A DNA stretch of 64,000 nucleotides from the IMG/VR virus record IMGVR_UViG_3300037310_000564, positions 16,708 to 80,707 of that record; one strand, given 5' to 3'. Within the stretch, counting starts at the first letter, position 1. The number at the start of each line of letters is the position of its first letter. The notes under the pieces are model-generated. The model was given only the letters and a program-made list of their open reading frames with translations. It was not told the DNA's origin and ran no database searches. This DNA is from a virus (taxonomy: Duplodnaviria > Caudoviricetes). Both the position numbers and the translations under genes were made by a program. Positions 56,221-64,000 of this stretch are shown here, piece by piece.

Positions 56221-56784
56221 ATGAATCGCGATGAAACTTGTGGGCTAATTGATGAGATACTGAAAGGTTGGCAGCAAGGTCAGATTTTGGATGAGGCTTT
56301 TGCGGAGACTATGGGTGGCACATCGCTGACGACGGAACCTCCAATTCATAATAAGGAAATAAAGCCCGTGATAACGCCAGAAATACCAGAAACCATCAGA
56401 AAAGCCAAACTAACCAGTGACTTATACGCAGTTTGGTGCAATAATGAGGTTAAGAGTGTACTTACTAAACAACCAAATGGCGAAGCTGTTTGGGATGTAT
56501 TTACCCAGGCAATTCAAAAAGAAATTGAAACCATCATGACCGGCCAAGGGCCTAGTATTGTTGAAATTTCTGAAAAGATCCGCCTCACTGCCAATGAAAC
56601 GCAAGAAATATATGAAAAGATAAAGGCGATGAGTAACTCGCCTCTATTAAGTACGCTTAACTTGTTGCTGGATAGGCTTGGAGGTAGTACACCTGAGATA
56701 CGACAAAAAGAAGTTCCAGCGCCAATGCCACGTAAGCCCATTGGATATTCAGATCCAGAATATGACTTAGAAGGACTCCCATGA
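56221..56784 (+). CDS. Hypothetical protein, possibly chimeric
   Basis: Internal GGAG-ATG at 56311 suggests an alternative start. Confidence 0.55.
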   Translation: MNRDETCGLIDEILKGWQQGQILDEAFAETMGGTSLTTEPPIHNKEIKPVITPEIPETIRKAKLTSDLYAVWCNNEVKSVLTKQPNGEAVWDVFTQAIQKEIETIMTGQGPSIVEISEKIRLTANETQEIYEKIKAMSNSPLLSTLNLLLDRLGGSTPEIRQKEVPAPMPRKPIGYSDPEYDLEGLP

Positions 56785-57080
56785 AGCTAACACGTCTTAA
56801 AAATGTTTCTTTTGATGAGTTCTTTGAGAACGACAGTAAAAACAGCCCTTTAACCGAATATGGTGAATTGGCTTTGTTTGCTATGAAAGAACTTCTTAGC
56901 CAACACGTTTTTCTCAATAGTGACGGCGAGTTATTTTCCAATCTTGGTGAGGTGTGCCAAAAATTCAATCAACAAACATGTCAATGGGAAGTTTATGGCG
57001 GCGCTATTGCTTTCATGCATGACACCAAAACCATTGAGTGGATACCTCAATCAGTGTACGTAGATCAATTACTTCATTAA
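56781..57080 (+). CDS. Hypothetical protein
   Basis: ATGA overlap with the upstream gene. Confidence 0.6.
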   Translation: MKLTRLKNVSFDEFFENDSKNSPLTEYGELALFAMKELLSQHVFLNSDGELFSNLGEVCQKFNQQTCQWEVYGGAIAFMHDTKTIEWIPQSVYVDQLLH

Positions 57081-57114
57081 TATCACACTATTAAACAAAC
57101 AAAGGAAAACAACA

Positions 57115-57435
57115 ATGGCAACAATCGAACTGAATGAGCAGGAACTAAAATTACGAAAAAAGGCCGTTAATTTGATCGGCGAGGATGTGGTTTCACAAAC
57201 CGAAAAAATGAGCTTGGAGGAGCTTAAGGAGGTTATTGCTAATTGTGAGCTGTCGGTTGGGGAGCACACCGATGAAATGAAGGCCAATGAGGAATTTAGA
57301 AAGGCGTCGGATGTTTGTAAACTGATGCGACAGGGCTTGACGGCCGCTATTAAGCCATATAAAGTCAGAAAACAATACGCCGCAATGATTGCCGGCTTTG
57401 TCTCTAAATCAGAAAATGGCGACAAAACTTGGTGA
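57115..57435 (+). CDS. Small coiled-coil protein
   Basis: 106 aa, helical, AAGGA RBS. Confidence 0.65.
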   Translation: MATIELNEQELKLRKKAVNLIGEDVVSQTEKMSLEELKEVIANCELSVGEHTDEMKANEEFRKASDVCKLMRQGLTAAIKPYKVRKQYAAMIAGFVSKSENGDKTW

Positions 57436-57439
57436 TTCA

Positions 57440-58408
57440 ATGGAAGTCCAAGATTTTATTGACTTTTTAGATAAGCACGACATTTCATATAACAGGGCAG
57501 GACAGTCTATTGTCCTTAAGCACTGTCCTGCCTGCGGGCGTGATGACTATAAAGTCTATCTTAGGGCCATTATAGAGGATGACGTCCTGTTAGGTCGATG
57601 CTATGCCGGTAATTGCCAGGAGAATTATTCATCATTTAAGTATTTGAAAATGATCGGTATTGATGAGCAGGCAGTGCGCGCTCTTCATGTGTGTGACGCA
57701 CAAGAGAATTTAAACAAAATTCTTCAAATTACCAGTCATGATCAACAACTTAAAATGCCCAACTCTATAGAGCAGTTAGGCACACAAGGCATGGATTATG
57801 TTGACCTTTCAGAGTTTAAGTACTTTTTGGAATGTGAATCGCATCCGGTGGTTAAATACGCCTATTCACGCGGTGTTACGCCCGCCCATTTCAACAAAAT
57901 CATGGTATGCCCCAAAAGCAATGCTGTTGTGTTTGTTGTCTTTAAGGGAATGATTCCGGTGGGTTGGCAAAAACGCTATCTTAACCCTATTGAAAACAGA
58001 AAAACCAAAACCTCACCTGGATTCAAAAGGGGATTGGCCCTATTAGACTTTCCTAATACTGGGCCTATAGCCATATGTGAAGGGCCATTTACCGCACTTT
58101 CCGCATGGCATTTTGGATACCATGGTGTGTGCACCTTTGGGTCTGCCGTTACTGATGATCAGGTTGTGTTGCTAAAGACTTTGATCCAACAAACCGATAA
58201 AGAAGTTGTGATCGCTTTTGATTTGGATGATGCAGGCAAAAAAGGAGCTCAATTAATTAGGCGTGGATTAAATAATTTGATTATTAATGATTTAGTCCCC
58301 GAAACTGGCAATGATCTTAATGAGTCATGGATGAATAAGACTGGAGCCATAATAGTCCCGTACATTAACAATCCATTGCCAAAGCTGGAGTTTGAAAATG
58401 AAGGGTAA
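57440..58408 (+). CDS. DNA primase (zinc-binding domain plus TOPRIM)
   Basis: HCPACG...GRCYAGNC, IAICEGPF, IAFDLDDAG. Confidence 0.88.
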   Translation: MEVQDFIDFLDKHDISYNRAGQSIVLKHCPACGRDDYKVYLRAIIEDDVLLGRCYAGNCQENYSSFKYLKMIGIDEQAVRALHVCDAQENLNKILQITSHDQQLKMPNSIEQLGTQGMDYVDLSEFKYFLECESHPVVKYAYSRGVTPAHFNKIMVCPKSNAVVFVVFKGMIPVGWQKRYLNPIENRKTKTSPGFKRGLALLDFPNTGPIAICEGPFTALSAWHFGYHGVCTFGSAVTDDQVVLLKTLIQQTDKEVVIAFDLDDAGKKGAQLIRRGLNNLIINDLVPETGNDLNESWMNKTGAIIVPYINNPLPKLEFENEG

Positions 58409-58829
58409 AACAAAAAACGACCCCTCCTCTTGGACTTTTTTTGATGTTGTATATGACATGCCGAAATCATCTGTGAAGGTCATATTTAAGCTACGAATTG
58501 AACACCCAAACCAAAAATGGCCAATCATTCAGGAGATTTACTCAGCAAAAATCCCAATGAGGATGGTTAATTTTGTTGGAATCTTTTCAGTCCCAATAGC
58601 TTTGCGCCTTTTTCGCGCATTGATTATGCATAAGGTAGTAACAATGAGTAACAAATATGAACAAAAAAGGGCACTTATGGAAGGCATTTCCTGTACTGCT
58701 GCCATACTAAGCAAAGATCCTGTTTGGTACGCCACGCGACCTATTGCCAATATATTTCAAAACGAGTTAGATAAAGCGGCACAGTCTGTCATAGCTAGGA
58801 ACAACAAAATATTTACAAAGAAGGACTAA
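58398..58829 (+). CDS. Hypothetical protein
   Basis: 143 aa in gene run. Confidence 0.55.
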   Translation: MKGKTKNDPSSWTFFDVVYDMPKSSVKVIFKLRIEHPNQKWPIIQEIYSAKIPMRMVNFVGIFSVPIALRLFRALIMHKVVTMSNKYEQKRALMEGISCTAAILSKDPVWYATRPIANIFQNELDKAAQSVIARNNKIFTKKD

Positions 58830-58832
58830 AAA

Positions 58833-59504
58833 ATGAAAACAACTATCGTTGCCTTATCGGGCACCAAAGGGTCGGGAAAAGACACAGCATGCTCAGCCAT
58901 GCTACAAATATTTCAGCCCAATATGGCCCAAAAAATAGCCTTTGCGGGCAGCATGAAGGCGGCCATATCTTCTGTTTTTGACATCCCTCTTGATAAATTA
59001 GAGGATCCGGTGGAAAAAGAGCGCCATGTGCGCATACCTTATACGCTGGAAGACCATTATCGAATGTTTGCCGCAATGGGTGTTACGTTTGGATCAAATA
59101 CCACATCCAAAATTGAAAAATTATACCATGATAATGGATTTACTGAATTTTTATCGATTCGGCAGGCAATGCAATTGTTGGGAACGGAAATATTAAGGGG
59201 ATTTGACGACCAAATTCATGTGAAGGCCGCGCTCAACAAAATTAAAACAGGTGGATTAAATATATTCACTGATTGCAGATTTAATAATGAAGTCCAGGCG
59301 TTAAAGAATTATGCTAAGACTGGCGCTAATTATGTGCATATTTGGATTGAGCGGGAGGGATATGAGGCTGACACTAACAGTCATGCTTCAGAGCCTAAGG
59401 ATAAGCTGGGTGCCCATATTACCATAAAGAACTGTAATTACGACACATTTTGTAGTACTGCACAATCAATAGCCATAGCTGCATGTATGGGCTTATACCA
59501 ATAA
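58833..59504 (+). CDS. Deoxynucleoside monophosphate kinase
   Basis: SGTKGSGKDT, RQAMQLLGTEILR, TDCRFNNE, HASE. Confidence 0.9.
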   Translation: MKTTIVALSGTKGSGKDTACSAMLQIFQPNMAQKIAFAGSMKAAISSVFDIPLDKLEDPVEKERHVRIPYTLEDHYRMFAAMGVTFGSNTTSKIEKLYHDNGFTEFLSIRQAMQLLGTEILRGFDDQIHVKAALNKIKTGGLNIFTDCRFNNEVQALKNYAKTGANYVHIWIEREGYEADTNSHASEPKDKLGAHITIKNCNYDTFCSTAQSIAIAACMGLYQ

Positions 59505-59637
59505 GGACGATGGACTATGAGTGAGGAACGGCCGGTAGATACGGCAGAGAAAGATGTGCAGGATATTAATCATCCACCTGTTAGTAAAAAATTTACCTTA
59601 CCGGTGAGCAGGAGAATTTTTACAAAAAGGGGCGACT

Positions 59638-59949
59638 CTAATTCTTAAAAAAGCTTATGGCGCCTGATACTACTGTAGCTATCATGGCGCCAATTAAGCC
59701 ACTTACCTTATAAATCAGCCCAACTTTATGGTCCAGTCTGTCTATGTCACGAATTCTATTGTGCTTTTCATTATTAATGGACAGATTAAGGTCTAAGATA
59801 TTGCGGTCAAGTTTGTCGTGGATCTCTTTAAGAACCCGTTTAATGTCAACCAATTCTTGATTAATGCGCTCTTGCTGAGTGGCCATGAACAAATCTCGTT
59901 CTTTTATTATGGCAATATCTGTTTTTATTGCCGAAATTTGCTCATCCAT
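59638..59949 (-). CDS. Coiled-coil protein with C-terminal TM (holin/antiholin or XhlA-like candidate)
   Basis: Heptads plus a C-terminal hydrophobic helix; in lysis cassette. Confidence 0.55.
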   Translation of the reverse strand: MDEQISAIKTDIAIIKERDLFMATQQERINQELVDIKRVLKEIHDKLDRNILDLNLSINNEKHNRIRDIDRLDHKVGLIYKVSGLIGAMIATVVSGAISFFKN

Positions 59950-60039
59950 CTTTGTTCCATCTCTGTTTTAAGAAGCCTTAAGGCCAAAAATCCAACACCT
60001 GTAAAAAATTTTAACATAGGTGCTGGAAAATTAGATAAC

Positions 60040-60531
60040 CTAAAACATCCAATCAAAACCAACACTTATGTCATGTTTTTTGATGTCGTAATCACCACGA
60101 ATCCACAGCGGTTTCCAGATCTTATAACCAGCGGAAATGGCGTAAGAAGAGGGGGGAATCCGTAAAGGATCTGAAAGGTCAATTACAGCTCGTGCACCAA
60201 TGGCATAAGATGGGCCGGGGGAAGTGGTGGTGCTGATTTCAGCCTTCTTTTCTTCGAGACGGACGGACTCTTTTTGTGTGTCGGTCTCTGAGTTTTCCAC
60301 GATGGTAGTAGTTTCAGTGCCGTCCTTTTGTTTTGTAATTACAGTCTTAACTTTTCTTTTTTCATGCTTTTTTTCAACTTCTTTTTCAACAATTTTTTCA
60401 ACAATCTTTTCTTGAATTTCGACACGACTATTTTGCTTGCCACGGTAATATCCTCCCAAAAATAAGGCACATCCTGCCACTAAAATTAATAATTGTTTCC
60501 AATACTTAAATAAAATGCTTATGGCTTGCAT
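60040..60531 (-). CDS. Membrane-anchored protein, i-spanin (Rz-like) candidate
   Basis: N-terminal TM, EKIVEKIVEKEVEKK; directly after the endolysin. Confidence 0.5.
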   Translation of the reverse strand: MQAISILFKYWKQLLILVAGCALFLGGYYRGKQNSRVEIQEKIVEKIVEKEVEKKHEKRKVKTVITKQKDGTETTTIVENSETDTQKESVRLEEKKAEISTTTSPGPSYAIGARAVIDLSDPLRIPPSSYAISAGYKIWKPLWIRGDYDIKKHDISVGFDWMF

Positions 60532-61013
60532 ATAGTACCTTTTAAATACAGCTCTTTTTCTGCCAAACGTCTTTTAGTAAGGCCTGGCAATTCTTTTCCG
60601 CCAGCCTTGTTCCATTTTAAAAACTCATCAGCGGCAGCGCCAAATTCATTGTTATTAATCAACTTAAGTAGCGTAGATGACTGGAAGTTTCCTGGCCCTA
60701 AATTGTAGGTAAATGATACCAACGCATCAAATTGCTCTTGTGATATTGATGACTTAACGGCTCGATTAACAACATCCTCAAACTTAACCAAATCTGCTTT
60801 GAGAATCTCTTCCGCCGCCTCTTTGGTGATAACATCTCCCTTTTTGACGTCAGGAAGGCCGGCTTTGGCTGTATGTCCATATCCAATTGTCCAAACGCCA
60901 GCGGAACATGTATAGGCATTAAGCATCAGGCCTTCCCATCGCTTAATAAGAGCCAACCCTTCCGGGCCGGTTCGGAATGCGTTTTTTGGTGTAGAGGTTA
61001 ACTTTTTGGCCAT
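60519..61013 (-). CDS. Endolysin, GH24 lysozyme
   Basis: WEGLMLNAYTCSAGVWTIGYGHT, QFDALVSFTYNLG, LPGLTKRRLAE. Confidence 0.95.
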   Translation of the reverse strand: MAKKLTSTPKNAFRTGPEGLALIKRWEGLMLNAYTCSAGVWTIGYGHTAKAGLPDVKKGDVITKEAAEEILKADLVKFEDVVNRAVKSSISQEQFDALVSFTYNLGPGNFQSSTLLKLINNNEFGAAADEFLKWNKAGGKELPGLTKRRLAEKELYLKGTICKP

Positions 61014-61049
61014 AAAAACTCCAATTCATTAATAAATTACCCAATTCGC

Positions 61050-61058
61050 ATTTTATCA
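61050..61058 (-). promoter_or_regulatory. TGNTAAAAT motif upstream of the endolysin
   Basis: TGATAAAAT on minus strand, back-to-back with the sigma28-type promoter. Confidence 0.5.
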
Positions 61059-61060
61059 AC

Positions 61061-61087
61061 TAAAGGTTTGCCTCAATCTTCCGATAA
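61061..61087 (+). promoter_or_regulatory. sigma28/FliA-type promoter
   Basis: TAAAGGTT-N11-TCCGATAA. Confidence 0.7.
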
Positions 61088-61137
61088 GGATGATGGAGTC
61101 AGAGATTGGCTTAAATGCCGACCAAAGAGGTAAATAT

Positions 61138-61380
61138 ATGTTTTTATTGATTTTAGCGGCATCGATGATGGGCAGCACCAACCCCCCAAAATATCCAAGA
61201 CATGTGGAAATTCAATGCTTTAATATTGGTGAGATCGTTCAAACTGATTGCAAAGTAGACAAATCTGCCCTATGCTTGGTCCAGTTCTTAGAGCGAATAC
61301 CGGCCCGGACCGGTTACGTGGAAGCATCTAAATTAACCAATAATAAAATCCAATGCCCTAATTTAATTCCAGTTTTTTAG
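61138..61380 (+). CDS. Small secreted Cys-containing protein
   Basis: MFLLILAASMMGS signal-like N-terminus; four Cys; AGAGG RBS. Confidence 0.55.
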   Translation: MFLLILAASMMGSTNPPKYPRHVEIQCFNIGEIVQTDCKVDKSALCLVQFLERIPARTGYVEASKLTNNKIQCPNLIPVF

Positions 61381-61389
61381 GAGATTGCC

Positions 61390-62739
61390 ATGCATACTGA
61401 CTCATTTTCAGTACAGATAATCAAAGACTCGATTTCTTTACAAGGGGTTAGGTTAACGACATTTTTAGTCACTTATCCGCGCTTCATCCATTCGGAAACC
61501 ATGACACACAGGGCACTGAGTCGAAATTCAAGTTCGTGTTTGTCAGGCGATACGATGGTTTACACCACCCATCCCAACGGCGCCTTAATGAAGGTGGCCA
61601 TACAAGATCTATACAACAAATTTGTGGCCGGAGCTAGTCGAGATGAAATGTCGGTCCGTACCCTCAACGAGGACACAGGGGAGTTCACAGTCACAACAAT
61701 AAAAAACGTAATACATTCTGGCATCAAAGATGTATTTAGGGTTGAGTTGGAGGGGGGATATGTCCTTAAGTGCACAGATGAGCATAGGATATTTACAGAC
61801 CATGGATGGAAAACCCTTAAAGATATGGGACTAAGCGTCGGAAAATTAATTTCTTGGAGCGACGCATACAAAATAGCCACAAATGGTGTGGAACTTTTAT
61901 TAAAAAACAGCCACTTTAGCACTGGACGCAAATTAGTATGCAAATATGAAAAAATACTGAAAATTGAGTATGTTGGGGCCATTGACACATATGACATTGA
62001 AGTTAATGGGAAATACAAGAATTTTGTGGCAAATGGCGTAGTGGTCCATAACTCTCGAGCAATACCATTCAAACGTATGGTAAAAAACACTCTTAGCAAC
62101 ATGGGCCGACCTTTGTCCTTTAAGTCAAATAAGCCCGGCATGCAGGCCGGTGAAGCTCTTTCCCCATGGCGCGAGTTTTTGTGCAGCCTGTTTTGGAAGT
62201 TAGGTGGTTATTTTTCCGCCTATTGCGTGTCATGGCCAATGCATTTATTAGGAGCTCACAAGCAATACGTCAATAGGCCATTAGAGCCATACAGCACCAT
62301 CACGGTTGTTATTTCGGCCACAGACTATAACAACTTTTTTGCCTTACGTGACCATAAGGACGCCCAGCCAGAAATTCAATATTTGGCCAAGCAGATGAAG
62401 CGTGCATTGTCAGAATCAGAGCCAGAGGTTTTAGAGCGTGGACAGTGGCATTTGCCTTTTGTTCTGCCGTTTGAGCAAGAATTGCTGTCTACTCAAGAGG
62501 CCATAAACTTGAGCATAGCCAGGTGTGCACGGACATCCTATAACAACTTTGATGGCAAACCAGCTCCTTTTGAGAAAGATTTGGAGCTGTGCAATAAATT
62601 GTTAAAGTCTGAGCCATTACATGCCTCCCCAGCGGAACATCAGGGTACCCCAGCCTTAACTGCCGAATACAAATCAGGAAATTTTAGGGGATGGGAACAA
62701 TATCGCAAACAACTCCCCAACGAGAATGTTCCTGGGTAG
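61390..62739 (+). CDS. thyX: FAD-dependent thymidylate synthase interrupted by an intein
   Basis: YPRFIHSETMTHRALSRNSSS|SRAIP after removing the insert; ARCARTSY, HASPAEH. Confidence 0.92.
   Translation: MHTDSFSVQIIKDSISLQGVRLTTFLVTYPRFIHSETMTHRALSRNSSSCLSGDTMVYTTHPNGALMKVAIQDLYNKFVAGASRDEMSVRTLNEDTGEFTVTTIKNVIHSGIKDVFRVELEGGYVLKCTDEHRIFTDHGWKTLKDMGLSVGKLISWSDAYKIATNGVELLLKNSHFSTGRKLVCKYEKILKIEYVGAIDTYDIEVNGKYKNFVANGVVVHNSRAIPFKRMVKNTLSNMGRPLSFKSNKPGMQAGEALSPWREFLCSLFWKLGGYFSAYCVSWPMHLLGAHKQYVNRPLEPYSTITVVISATDYNNFFALRDHKDAQPEIQYLAKQMKRALSESEPEVLERGQWHLPFVLPFEQELLSTQEAINLSIARCARTSYNNFDGKPAPFEKDLELCNKLLKSEPLHASPAEHQGTPALTAEYKSGNFRGWEQYRKQLPNENVPG
61537..62052 (+). mobile_element. 172-aa mini-intein (no endonuclease domain)
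   Basis: Block A CLSGDTMV, block B CTDEHRIF, block F TYDIEV, block G FVANGVVVHN followed by Ser+1. Confidence 0.93.
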
Positions 62740-62769
62740 TCAATATGGCGCCACAAAAGGATTATAGAA

Positions 62770-62964
62770 ATGAATAAGGCTGTAACGAAAAAACGTCGAG
62801 TGACGGTTATTAAGCCGCCTGTCCGTCCATATTGTGCGAAATTTTTGCATGAAAGGGTGGATGGTTTACTTTTTATTTATGTGGAGCATTTCATATCAAA
62901 TATGATTGATGCTCAAATTAACAGCCCTATAGATCAGATAAAACAAAGAATATTGAGGAGATAG
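62770..62964 (+). CDS. Small hypothetical protein
   Basis: 64 aa between thyX and the helicase. Confidence 0.45.
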   Translation: MNKAVTKKRRVTVIKPPVRPYCAKFLHERVDGLLFIYVEHFISNMIDAQINSPIDQIKQRILRR

Positions 62965-64000
62965 TGGTGCAACAGGATATTTTGCAATATGTGCCATATG
63001 GCATAACTTTGCGGAATGTGCAGGAAAAAGCTTTATTGTGGTACCAACAAAGCCAAAAAAGCAAAAAAATCAACATTTTAAATATGCCGGTTGGAGCAGG
63101 CAAAGGCCATGTGGCAATTACTATTGCCAATTATTTAGCAGCAAAAAAAACGGGAGGCACTGCTGCGGTATTGGTGCCTACCAAAATACTACAGGACCAG
63201 TTTGAAAATGACTATCCCTTTATACCCCTGGTAAAGGGTATGGCTAACTATTCATGTAACACTTCGTCCTCAATACTGAATGATGCGCCGGCAGAGACAA
63301 TGAGCTGCGCCGTCTCAAAGCTACTCTTTCATCAATTCTGTGATGGATGTCCATATATTGCCACCATTAAGCAAGCACAAGTCTCACCCGTCTCTATTTT
63401 TAACATCCATTCATATCATAGCCTGGATCTGAAAAGTAAAAATATTATCATCGACGAAGGCCATAATATTATTAAGTTTTTATTTGATATGGCTTCCATT
63501 ATTTTGTGGGAACCTGAGTGGAAATTTGACGTATCTGTGAGTTATGGTCCCCACAACACCATACCTGTTTTGTCGGCCGCCATATCCTCTCTGCAATCGG
63601 CCCTTGAGGATGCATTGGTAAAAAAGCTTATCAAACAAATAGAGACTCTTGAATATCAAATAAAGCTGTATTCCATGGTCATGAGCTGTTTAAAGCAACA
63701 TCCCGAGGATTTTTTAATTGTCCTAAAAGAGATGGAATATGACAACCCAAAACACCAAAACCTCAAAGGAACTCAACAAAAACAGATATTTATAAAACCA
63801 AAAACAGTTAAAAACCTGTCTAACTTATTTTTTTCTGGTGTGGATAATGTCGTCTTACTATCAGCTACCATTGGCATAGAAAAGATGGAAGAGTTGGGGT
63901 TTGATGCCAATGATGTTGGTATTTTTGAGAGCGACAGCCCCATTCCTACTGAAAAACGACCGCTGTATCTCTATCCTGTGGCTTCTATGGCATACAGACA
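62964..64000 (+). CDS. DinG/XPD-like SF2 helicase, partial, runs off the right edge; not in ORF track
   Basis: GTG after GAGGAG; LRNVQEKAL Q-motif, MPVGAGKGH Walker A variant, PTKILQDQ, four Cys (NYSC..C..CDGCPY), IIDEGHN, LLSATI. Confidence 0.85.
   Translation, partial: MVQQDILQYVPYGITLRNVQEKALLWYQQSQKSKKINILNMPVGAGKGHVAITIANYLAAKKTGGTAAVLVPTKILQDQFENDYPFIPLVKGMANYSCNTSSSILNDAPAETMSCAVSKLLFHQFCDGCPYIATIKQAQVSPVSIFNIHSYHSLDLKSKNIIIDEGHNIIKFLFDMASIILWEPEWKFDVSVSYGPHNTIPVLSAAISSLQSALEDALVKKLIKQIETLEYQIKLYSMVMSCLKQHPEDFLIVLKEMEYDNPKHQNLKGTQQKQIFIKPKTVKNLSNLFFSGVDNVVLLSATIGIEKMEELGFDANDVGIFESDSPIPTEKRPLYLYPVASMAYR

Noticed and set aside
59517-59648. Possible 43-aa plus-strand ORF after the dNMP kinase
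   Set aside because: No motif, overlaps a convergent stop; insufficient support
153-62141. Many antisense or out-of-frame ORFs (e.g. 3681-4379, 15040-15714, 27824-28411, 54940-55395, 61560-62141)
   Set aside because: Shadows of long motif-bearing genes on the other strand or frame
1-64000. cas genes or recognisable anti-CRISPR/aca genes
   Set aside because: No Cas1/2/3/5/6/7/8 motif recognised by eye; the HNH at 51440 is a small free-standing type. Divergent Cas proteins among the hypotheticals cannot be excluded without HMMs
1-64000. Alternative genetic code (stop-codon reassignment)
   Set aside because: Code 11 gives dense, full-length genes ending in TAA, TAG and TGA
1-64000. tRNA, rRNA, group I/II introns
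   Set aside because: None recognised in intergenic gaps; a covariance-model scan would be needed to be sure

Overview
A 64-kb internal segment of a large contractile-tailed dsDNA bacteriophage (myovirus morphotype, probably well over 100 kb), read in standard code 11. It is not a bacterial chromosome. The left half (1-33.1 kb, mostly minus strand) is the virion module: baseplate spike and hub, tape measure, three tail-tube paralogs, a very large sheath, a major capsid protein resembling Herelleviridae Cps, scaffold, and head/neck proteins. It is interleaved with non-structural genes: dUTPase, phosphoesterase, ClpP-like proteases, an AAA ATPase and class II RNR. The right half (33.7-64 kb, mostly plus strand) is replication, recombination and metabolism: AEP primase-like/wHTH protein, GroEL, DnaB-like helicase, SbcCD-like nuclease, split DnaE, SSB, RecA-like protein, DnaG-like primase, dNMP kinase, intein-containing ThyX and a DinG-like helicase, plus a small lysis cassette. 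GH24 lysozyme, lipoproteins and a probable beta-barrel suggest a Gram-negative host. Most notable signals: (1) a Cas-less type I-F-like CRISPR mini-array (4 x 28-bp repeats) with its own promoter, ending 19 bp before dnaE; (2) six sigma28/FliA-type promoters, five heading units that contain predicted envelope proteins and one preceding the Rep-like gene; (3) a candidate origin (83-bp direct repeat) at the strand switch next to the AEP-wHTH gene; (4) a uracil-DNA glycosylase homolog lacking its catalytic motifs; (5) a Gp88/radical-SAM-like enzyme in the head cluster. All family assignments come from motifs read by eye and recalled consensus sequences; no database searches were run.
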